Part shown: positions 57,150-64,000 of the stretch, piece after piece
Layout: each line of letters begins with the position of its first letter
How positions within the stretch are numbered: the stretch's first letter is position 1
IMG/VR virus record: IMGVR_UViG_3300005259_000041
Origin: an uncultured virus (IMG/VR IMGVR_UViG_3300005259_000041)
Taxonomy: Duplodnaviria; Heunggongvirae; Uroviricota; Caudoviricetes
Strand: one strand, 5' to 3'
Length of the DNA stretch: 64,000 nt
Notes under the pieces: generated by a model
What the model was told of the DNA's origin: nothing
Seen by the model: only the letters and a program-made list of their open reading frames with translations
Database searches by the model: none
Made by a program: the position numbers and the translations under genes

Positions 57150-58811
57150 ATGAGTACGCCTAAAAAAGTGTATCTTAAAGAAGAGGCTCAGCAGCTTCTT
57201 AGCAGGGGAGTAAATACAGTTGTGGACGTGATAGCCTGCACATTAGGCGCCCAAGGGCGCGTAGTCACTATCGACAGGGGAAGATATGGCAGTTCCGTAA
57301 CTAAAGACGGGGTGACGGTGGCTAACGAGACCGTTCTAGAGGATCCCGCAGAGAATATTGGGGCTGATATGGTTAGAACTGCTGCCAATGCGACTAATGA
57401 CGCGGCTGGAGACGGAACTACAACTGCCGCCGTCCTCACTAGAGAAATATACAATGAGGGGCGGAAAGCTATGGCTGTGGGCGTGAATATAGCAGAGCTG
57501 AGGAAGGGCGTTACTCTTGGGAAGGAAGTGGCTATTGCTGAGCTTAAGCGATTGGCGACTCCAGTGGGAGAGGGCGACATTCAAAAGATTGCCACCATTT
57601 CGGCTAACAACGACGAAGTGACTGGTAAGATTATTGCGGAGGCCATCAATAAGGTTAACAATGGAGTGGTAACTGTTGAGCTGTCCCAGACAGCGGAAAC
57701 ATATTATTCGTTAATCGAAGGCTTTCAATTCGACAAGGGCTTGCCTACGCCGTACTTCATTACTGATCCCATTAGAAATCTTACTGAGTTTGAAGACGCT
57801 TATGTGTTTATCACGATGCATAAGCTGGTGTCACCTGAGCCACTCGTCGGAGTGTTAAATGAGGTCAGTAAAACTAATAAGCCGCTTTTGATTATTGCTG
57901 ATAGTTTTAGTAATGAGGTGCTTCAGACACTCGTCTTCAATAAAATGAAGGGCATTATTCGGGTTGCTGCTGTAAGTGCGCCTGGATACGGCGAGGCCAA
58001 GATTCAGCTTTGTGAGGATATGGCAGCTTTGACCGGCGCTCAGTTTATAGACCCAGACGTCACAAGCCTTAATGATGTGTCTCTGGCTTTTTGCGGTCAA
58101 GCCAAAAAAATCATTTGCACAAAATATAGCACTACTATTTTAGGCGGCGGGGGCGACAAAGAAATTGTTGACCAGCGCATGGAGAGGATTAAATACGCTT
58201 TAGCTCAAGAGCACCTGTCCCCATTTGAGGTTGATCAGCTTAGAGATAGGTTGAGCAGACTACAGGGGGCCGTTGCAATTATCCACGTTGGAGGTCTCAA
58301 CGAAGAAGAGGCCAATGAAGCCAAGGATCGAGTCGAAGACGCCATTCACGCCACACAGTCGGCGATGGAAGAGGGTATTCTCCCCGGTGGCGGTTTAGCC
58401 TTTCTATATGCCTCAGAGGCCGTCAGGACTGAAATGGACAATCAGGCACATAAGGATGCTAAAATCGGATTTGATATTATCAGGAAGGCTCTTAGGGCTC
58501 CATCTCGTCAAATCGCTGCGAATGCTGGCTTAGAACCAGCCACAGAAGCAGTAACGAAAGCACTAGAGGCTTATCCCCGCAATTACGGATTCGGGTTCAA
58601 CGCTGCTACGGAAAAGTATTCTAATCTGATTACGGATGGGGTTATCGACCCCGCTAAGGTCGGGAGGGTGGCATTAGAAAACGCTGTATCTGTTGCCCTG
58701 CTTATGCTTACCACGGATGCCCTGCTGGTTGAGACTGAGTTCAGAGAAGGGGACCCCCGCGTAGATAAAACCACTAAACCTAGAGTGATGATGCAAAAGC
58801 ACGATAAGTAA
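57150..58811 (+). CDS. groEL: group I chaperonin GroEL (phage-encoded)
   Basis: TLG..GR, TKDGVTVA, AGDGTTTA, ATISAN, GFQFDKG, APGYG, KDRVEDA..AT..A.EEGI.PGGG, GVIDPAKV.R.ALENA.SVA; no GGM tail. Confidence 0.95.
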   Translation: MSTPKKVYLKEEAQQLLSRGVNTVVDVIACTLGAQGRVVTIDRGRYGSSVTKDGVTVANETVLEDPAENIGADMVRTAANATNDAAGDGTTTAAVLTREIYNEGRKAMAVGVNIAELRKGVTLGKEVAIAELKRLATPVGEGDIQKIATISANNDEVTGKIIAEAINKVNNGVVTVELSQTAETYYSLIEGFQFDKGLPTPYFITDPIRNLTEFEDAYVFITMHKLVSPEPLVGVLNEVSKTNKPLLIIADSFSNEVLQTLVFNKMKGIIRVAAVSAPGYGEAKIQLCEDMAALTGAQFIDPDVTSLNDVSLAFCGQAKKIICTKYSTTILGGGGDKEIVDQRMERIKYALAQEHLSPFEVDQLRDRLSRLQGAVAIIHVGGLNEEEANEAKDRVEDAIHATQSAMEEGILPGGGLAFLYASEAVRTEMDNQAHKDAKIGFDIIRKALRAPSRQIAANAGLEPATEAVTKALEAYPRNYGFGFNAATEKYSNLITDGVIDPAKVGRVALENAVSVALLMLTTDALLVETEFREGDPRVDKTTKPRVMMQKHDK

Positions 58812-58822
58812 TTGGGTTGTAC

Positions 58823-58834
58823 CTATTAATAAAA
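58823..58834 (+). promoter_or_regulatory. putative late promoter CTATTAATAAAA
   Basis: Intergenic, 49 nt before TTG 58872 (GAGG RBS). Confidence 0.55.
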
Positions 58835-58871
58835 CAGGTTATGATAGTCTCACCAAAAGAGAGGTACATCC

Positions 58872-60269
58872 TTGAGCGCACGCAAAAATAGCTATGCATC
58901 ATATGACGATTTTTTGCTCGATGTCGGCGAATATTTCATTCGCTTAAATGCGGCTTTATTCATGGAGACTGTGCCGCCGACTGAGACCGTTAAGGCTGCA
59001 AAAAGAATTCGAGCTTTAACCGGAATGGCAGTTACCGCCACCACTGCGGTGGCTTGTGCCAAAAAGCTAAGAGTAAGTGCAGAGAAAGAGTATATCAAGA
59101 TTGCTATAAAAATGAAGCACTCACCAGCTTTACCCACTACACAGTTGATGTATGACTTCCAGCTATCTGAACTAGAAATGCTAATTCTACTGTATCTATC
59201 TTGGCAGGAAGTCAGTACCGATAATATTTTTATGTATATTAAGAATATCAGCCCCGTTCTTAAATTCTTTTCTAATAATGAAAAAGATGTTGTCTCTCGT
59301 TTGAAGCTGTTCAGCAACGAGGCAAAATTAATTAACGGTGGCCTTTTACATATTCAACAAAGCGAATCTGCCCCACTAGGTGCCTCTGATTTGATTGTGT
59401 TAGAACCCCTTAGGGAAATGCTAGCGGGTATGACAGATTACGATTTGGCTGTTATCCAACAAAAGAAGAAGCGTCGGGACATGTGTCAGACGGCTGGCAC
59501 CATTACGCTTGTAGCGAAAGAAGCCACAATGGAACAGCTACACATGACCGAAGCGTATCTAAAGCACTATAAAAAGATTTTTGTAGACTGGGCTCTTGCG
59601 GAGTCTATCCCATATGGAAGCGGTATGGTGATTCTTTTCCATGGTCCGCCTGGAACTGGCAAAACTCTTGCGGCTAGATACTTGGCCCAGAGGTGCAAGA
59701 AAGAGCTTATTGTCGTTGATTATGCTGACTTATTAAATAAATACGTTGGGGAAACAGAAAAGAAAATCAAAGAAATGTTTAAGCGGGCAGCTAAGTCTGG
59801 CGCGGTCCTTCTCATTGACGAGGCGGACAGCATAATGCACGCCCGTGGCGATGACTCTAAGAGCTGGGAAATCTCACAAGTGAACGTTCTCCTTCAGTGC
59901 GTCGAGGCTCATGAGGGTGTGGTGATCCTCACTACCAACAGAGAAGAGTTGTTAGACAAGGCCCTCATGCGACGCGTAATTCTCAAAGTCGCATTCGATA
60001 TGCCAAACGCTGAGGAGCGCACTCGAATTTGGCAAACTATGCTGAAGGAACAGGCGGCAGACAAAGAAGTGAACTTTAAAGCTTTAGGAGAAGAGTTTGC
60101 TTATGCTGGCGGCAATATCAAAAATGCAGTTTTACTAGCCGCCATTCTCGCTGCCAATAAAGGCAAAGATAAAATTGGCATGGAGGATTTGCGCGAGGCG
60201 GCCTCCATAGAAAAGAAGAAGGTGACGCCTAAGCACTCTAAGATAGGCTTCATGGGCGAATCAAAGTGA
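58872..60269 (+). CDS. classical-clade AAA+ ATPase with N-terminal helical/winged-helix-like region
   Basis: LFHGPPGTGKT, KYVGETEK, LLIDEADS, LLQ..E, ILTTN, D.AL.RR, F.MP....R..IW, GGNIKN. Confidence 0.88.
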   Translation: MSARKNSYASYDDFLLDVGEYFIRLNAALFMETVPPTETVKAAKRIRALTGMAVTATTAVACAKKLRVSAEKEYIKIAIKMKHSPALPTTQLMYDFQLSELEMLILLYLSWQEVSTDNIFMYIKNISPVLKFFSNNEKDVVSRLKLFSNEAKLINGGLLHIQQSESAPLGASDLIVLEPLREMLAGMTDYDLAVIQQKKKRRDMCQTAGTITLVAKEATMEQLHMTEAYLKHYKKIFVDWALAESIPYGSGMVILFHGPPGTGKTLAARYLAQRCKKELIVVDYADLLNKYVGETEKKIKEMFKRAAKSGAVLLIDEADSIMHARGDDSKSWEISQVNVLLQCVEAHEGVVILTTNREELLDKALMRRVILKVAFDMPNAEERTRIWQTMLKEQAADKEVNFKALGEEFAYAGGNIKNAVLLAAILAANKGKDKIGMEDLREAASIEKKKVTPKHSKIGFMGESK

Positions 60270-60499
60270 AAGCATATGGCGTTTATCGGGCCTGCCCCAT
60301 GTGTAAAGAGGACAGCTTTTTAGTGGCATCTCTGGTAGATTTAAGCAAGTGTCGTAACGACCTTGATTTTCTTAACAAAATAGCTTATATTGTAGATGGA
60401 ACCTGTGAGAGCTGCGGTCACTATATTTCCTCAATCGAGGAATTGGAAGCCGCGCTTATTGGATCCGAAGGAACGGGGAATGCTAGAGAAAGTCGATAA
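60266..60499 (+). CDS. small zinc-finger protein
   Basis: CPMC...CESC; GTGA overlap. Confidence 0.55.
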   Translation: MKAYGVYRACPMCKEDSFLVASLVDLSKCRNDLDFLNKIAYIVDGTCESCGHYISSIEELEAALIGSEGTGNARESR

Positions 60500-61115
60500 A
60501 CTTATTTTCATAGACACCGAGACAACGGGGCTTAGCCCCACAACTCACGAGATTATTGAAATCGGAATTGTCCAAGTGGACCCAATCACTTTGAACGATT
60601 TCGACCAGGCGTCGTATAAGGTGTTGCCGCAAAGTATAGCCACTGCCGACGAAAGGGCCCTTGCCATGAATCATTATTCGTTTATGGCGTGGAGGGGAGC
60701 TAAGCCATTTCAGGATGAAGTGGGCCCGTATCTCTCTGAGCTGTGTACGCCCAAATCCATCATATGTGGACACAATATTAAGTTCGATATCGCCTTTTTA
60801 GAATCAATGTATAGCAAGTATGCTCCACATCTATCCCTCGCTTATGCGGGGACGTTAGACACGCAATCCCTCGCCAAGCATCTGGCTGTGGCTACCCCGT
60901 CGTATCGTCTAGGGGTGCTGTGCCAAAAGTTTGGCGTGGAAGTTGAAGCGAGTAAGCAGCACAGTGCTATATATGATATTTTGGCAAACGTTGAGCTGTT
61001 TAAGTCTATGTTTAGAAATTACAGCGTGACATTATCAGAGGCTATAGTATTGGGTCCGTGTGGTAAAAAGAACCAGAAAAAAACAACGACAGCCACCAAA
61101 AAGACAGTGGCCTGA
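60480..61115 (+). CDS. DEDDh 3'-5' exonuclease (DnaQ-like)
   Basis: FIDTETTG, EIIEIG, GHNIKFDI.FL, LDT, H.A.YD. Start set at ATG 60480. Confidence 0.9.
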   Translation: MLEKVDKLIFIDTETTGLSPTTHEIIEIGIVQVDPITLNDFDQASYKVLPQSIATADERALAMNHYSFMAWRGAKPFQDEVGPYLSELCTPKSIICGHNIKFDIAFLESMYSKYAPHLSLAYAGTLDTQSLAKHLAVATPSYRLGVLCQKFGVEVEASKQHSAIYDILANVELFKSMFRNYSVTLSEAIVLGPCGKKNQKKTTTATKKTVA

Positions 61116-61129
61116 GAAAGGAAGACATC

Positions 61130-64000
61130 GTGGGATATAATAGTAAGGATATCAAGGTCCTGAAGGGCCTAGATCCCGTCCGTCAACGCCCCGGTATGTA
61201 TATCGGGAACACTGATGATGAGTCGGGAACGCATCAAACCGCATTTGAAATTATAGACAACGCAATAGACGAGGCCATGAACGGCTATGCCGACTTGGTC
61301 GCTGTCACTATGCACAAAGATGGTAGTCTGTCTGTGCGTGACAACGGGCGTGGTGTGCCAGTCCAAATGCACCCCACTGAAAAGAAATATGGAGTTGACC
61401 TCGTTTTTACTGTCCTCCATGCGGGTGGTAAATTCGACGAGCAGGCATATAAAACGTCTGGCGGTCTCCATGGCGTCGGCGCCTCTGTGGTTAATGCCTT
61501 GTCTGAATGGCTGAAGGTCGAGGTAAAGAGAGACGGGAAGAAATATTTTAGGGAGTATATCAACGGTAACCCCATCGGAGACCTCAAAGAGCTAGGCCCT
61601 AGTAAGAAAACTGGCACCACTGTTACTTTTAAGCCTAGCGCCAAAGTTTTTAGAAAGCCAGAGTTTAGCTTTGAAATGCTAAAGAATAGGCTGGAAGAGC
61701 TGGGGTTCCTCAATGAAGGCGTCGCCATTAAACTGACGAATGAAATTACGGGTGAAGAGTTTGAGGTGGGACACAATGACGGCCTCAAGCGATTCGTGGA
61801 AAGAGTCGAGTCTAAGGCTCCCGTCCTCACGTCGCTCATCCAGGTGTCAAGCGCCAAAGAAGAGAAGGTGCGCGTCCGCTGCGCTTTGCAGTGGAAGTTA
61901 GACTTTGACGGCGACAGGCTTCTTGCTTTTACTAATAACATTCGCAATGGTGACGGTGGTACTCACGTGGTTGGATTTAAAAACGTGCTCACCCGCTGCT
62001 TGACCAAGGCGCTTGCTGGAAAGAAAAACGCTGACTTGGTTACTGGAGATGACATTAGAGAAGGCTTGGTGGCTATTATTGACGTGAAGATGAGCGACCC
62101 GAAGTTCTCATCTCAGGTGAAGTCCAAGCTGGTGTCGGAGGAAGCTCGTGCGGCCCTAGAGAATATGGCCGGTGCTTTTGAGGATTACTTTGAGAAGAAC
62201 CCAGCTCAATTGAGCCGCGTGATGCAAAACGCGCTAAGGGCTGCAGAGGCTCGTGAGGCTGCGCGCAAAGCAAGAGACTTATCTCGCAAAAAGAATTCGA
62301 TAGAAGTTGGTGTGTTGCCCGGGAAATTGGCTGACTGTCAAAGCAAAGACCCGACTATCAATGAGCTGTTTTTGGTGGAAGGTGACTCGGCCGGTGGCAC
62401 TAGTCGGCAGGGCAGGGATAGAAAATTCCAGGCCATTCTGCCGTTGCGTGGTAAGGTTATCAATGCAGAGAAGGCCACCCTCCATAAGCTGTTGGCTAAC
62501 GAGGAAATCAAGTCGCTAATCGCGGCCATTGGCACTGGGATTGGGGAAAACTTTGACATTGAGCGTCTGCGCTATCATAAGATTTGTATTATGACGGACG
62601 CTGATAGTGTTACTGGCGATACCCCGTTGATGGTGTATAACAAGGAAAGCCAAGAGATGAAGTTGTATCGTACGGACGAGTTTATTGATGAGGTTTGTAC
62701 GGACATTTCTAAATATCAAATCGTTGCGTGCGATTTAAAACATAAGACTTTCGGGCTGAGAGATTTACAGCAGGTCTATAAGCACCCGAGTAAGAAACAG
62801 ATTTTTAGAATTACAGACGACAATGGCCATCATGTAGACGTGTCTGCCGACCACAGTGTGTTTGTCTATCATAAGGAAACGAGATCGTTTGAGGCTGTGC
62901 CCACTGTCAGGCTCTCACTGGACGACCAGCTAGTCTCGGCGCGAAACGTGCCCAACATTGAATTAGCTGACATGAAAATCAGTCCGTATCTACTTGGTCT
63001 TTATGCGGGGCACGGGCAGCTTGATGAGCACGGGCACTTCACTCTTTTGCGCAGTACGAGGTTTAAGCACAAGGCTCTTGATACTAATAGCCTTCCTACT
63101 GTCAAGGTGACGGCGACGGATCGTGTCGCTCAGACCGAAACGTTGGAGTTCACGGCAAAGCGCATTGCCACCGCCATGAATGAGCTTGGCATCAACAGGG
63201 CTGAGGTGCCCAACGGTTTGTTTACTGCATCTAGAGGGCAGAAGTTGGCCTTTCTTAGGGGGCTTTTGGAATCGTGCGCAGCGATAATGGTGCATCAGGG
63301 TATCTCTATTTGTACCTCAGATTCGTTGGCCACTGGGCTTGTTTATTTGCTGCGTCAGTTTGGTGTCTCCCCAGCAATTTTGCGCGGGGGAACCAAGGCC
63401 CTTATCAATATTAAAACCAAGGACATGGGAGCCATTAGCGAAGCGTGGAGTCACCACAAGGGAGCCAAAGAGTTTGGCGAGCTTCCAGCAATCACCAAGG
63501 CTTATGAGCTGGTTAAAATCAAGTCTATCGTCGAGCTGCCTCAGCAACCTTACGTATATGATTTATCTGTAGATGCCGATCAGAATTTCGTTGCTGGCAC
63601 TGGCGCCACTCTCTTGCACAATACAGACGGTGCGCACATCAAAACCTTGCTCTTGACATTCTTTTATAGGCACATGCCAGAGCTAGTGAAGAAGGGGCAT
63701 ATCTACATTGCTCAGCCACCGCTGTATCGCTGTGTGATTCGTGGTAAGGTCCATTACATTCTCAATGATGGTGAGCTGCGATTGTTTAAGGTCAAAGAGA
63801 AGTATGGTCTGCTCAGGGGCTATAAAAAGGGAAAGAAGTACGCTTTTCCGCAAGAGCAGCTATTTGATGTGCCGAAGGGTACGGTGTTGTATTCTGAAAA
63901 ACTATCCTTCGACGTGCGGATTGAAGATATTATGAAACTGGTTACTGACCCCAAGGACGACTTAAAGCTTCAGCGGTTTAAGGGTCTGGGTGAAATGGCC
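61130..64000 (+). CDS. gyrB: DNA gyrase/type IIA topoisomerase subunit B, intein-containing; runs off the window end (absent from ORF track)
   Basis: Manual translation from GTG 61130 is open to 64000: I.VL.GL..VR.RPGMYIG, EIIDNAIDEA, DNGRG, HAGGKF, SGGLHGVGASVVNALS, GGTH, LPGKLADC, VEGDSAGG, PLRGK, IMTDAD[intein]TDGAHI, QPPLY, QRFKGLGEM. Confidence 0.95.
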   Translation, partial: MGYNSKDIKVLKGLDPVRQRPGMYIGNTDDESGTHQTAFEIIDNAIDEAMNGYADLVAVTMHKDGSLSVRDNGRGVPVQMHPTEKKYGVDLVFTVLHAGGKFDEQAYKTSGGLHGVGASVVNALSEWLKVEVKRDGKKYFREYINGNPIGDLKELGPSKKTGTTVTFKPSAKVFRKPEFSFEMLKNRLEELGFLNEGVAIKLTNEITGEEFEVGHNDGLKRFVERVESKAPVLTSLIQVSSAKEEKVRVRCALQWKLDFDGDRLLAFTNNIRNGDGGTHVVGFKNVLTRCLTKALAGKKNADLVTGDDIREGLVAIIDVKMSDPKFSSQVKSKLVSEEARAALENMAGAFEDYFEKNPAQLSRVMQNALRAAEAREAARKARDLSRKKNSIEVGVLPGKLADCQSKDPTINELFLVEGDSAGGTSRQGRDRKFQAILPLRGKVINAEKATLHKLLANEEIKSLIAAIGTGIGENFDIERLRYHKICIMTDADSVTGDTPLMVYNKESQEMKLYRTDEFIDEVCTDISKYQIVACDLKHKTFGLRDLQQVYKHPSKKQIFRITDDNGHHVDVSADHSVFVYHKETRSFEAVPTVRLSLDDQLVSARNVPNIELADMKISPYLLGLYAGHGQLDEHGHFTLLRSTRFKHKALDTNSLPTVKVTATDRVAQTETLEFTAKRIATAMNELGINRAEVPNGLFTASRGQKLAFLRGLLESCAAIMVHQGISICTSDSLATGLVYLLRQFGVSPAILRGGTKALINIKTKDMGAISEAWSHHKGAKEFGELPAITKAYELVKIKSIVELPQQPYVYDLSVDADQNFVAGTGATLLHNTDGAHIKTLLLTFFYRHMPELVKKGHIYIAQPPLYRCVIRGKVHYILNDGELRLFKVKEKYGLLRGYKKGKKYAFPQEQLFDVPKGTVLYSEKLSFDVRIEDIMKLVTDPKDDLKLQRFKGLGEMA
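62606..63622 (+). mobile_element. intein (339 aa) in GyrB with a degenerate LAGLIDADG homing-endonuclease domain
   Basis: Block A SVTGDTPL, block B VSADHSVF, block F YVYDLSV..DQNFVAG, block G LLHN|T; EN-like YLLGLYAGHG and AFLRGLLESC. Confidence 0.92.

Noticed and set aside
634..60773. Numerous minus-strand and nested ORFs of 60-225 aa
   Set aside because: They overlap well-supported plus-strand genes and show no recognisable motifs.
61169..63935. Short ORFs listed in the track over the last 3 kb
   Set aside because: They are shadows of the gyrB frame, which is open from 61130 to the window end.
1..64000. Archaeal virus or eukaryotic giant virus origin
   Set aside because: A peptidoglycan amidase, group I GroEL, DnaB/DnaC, Shine-Dalgarno sites and -35/-10 promoters indicate a bacterial host.
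1..64000. Alternative genetic code (stop-codon reassignment)
   Set aside because: Long genes are intact in code 11, and TAA, TGA and TAG all end recognisable proteins at expected positions (e.g. dUTPase ends in TAG).
1..64000. CRISPR arrays, tRNAs, rRNAs
   Set aside because: Intergenic gaps are at most about 160 nt, and no repeat-spacer pattern or cloverleaf was recognised.

Overview
This window looks like a 64-kb segment of a very large (jumbo-type) contractile-tailed bacteriophage genome. All convincing genes lie on the + strand, tightly packed and often with overlapping stop/start codons. (1) 1-25.2 kb is a baseplate/tail-fibre module: a PKD-domain protein, gp25-like, an enlarged baseplate J-like protein, a 2077-aa wedge-like protein, and discoidin/beta-helix, Ig-repeat, LamG and FN3 proteins. 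(2) 25.2-39.6 kb, directly following, is a 14-gene glycan cluster: six glycosyltransferase-type genes, two methyltransferases, a radical SAM enzyme, UDP-xylose synthase, an FnlA/reductase/2-epimerase trio and GMD. No flippase, polymerase or initiating transferase is recognisable. (3) 39.7-43.7 kb holds a monocistronic tubulin/FtsZ-family GTPase and a putative lysis cassette (amidase, subtilase, DUF1003). (4) 43.7-64 kb covers replication, nucleotide metabolism and proteostasis: SF2 helicase, DnaC-like, DnaB, class II RNR, gp32-like SSB, HNH, dUTPase, M16 peptidase, dNMP kinase, GroEL, AAA+ ATPase, DnaQ-like exonuclease, and a GyrB that is missing from the ORF track and carries an intein. Two promoter classes recur in the DNA: TTGA(C/A/T)N-N17-TATATT (sigma70-like) and CTATTAAT(A/G) (putative late promoter). 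The most notable candidate system is phage-encoded glycosylation of the virion. All family calls come from recognising motifs by eye; no database searches were run.
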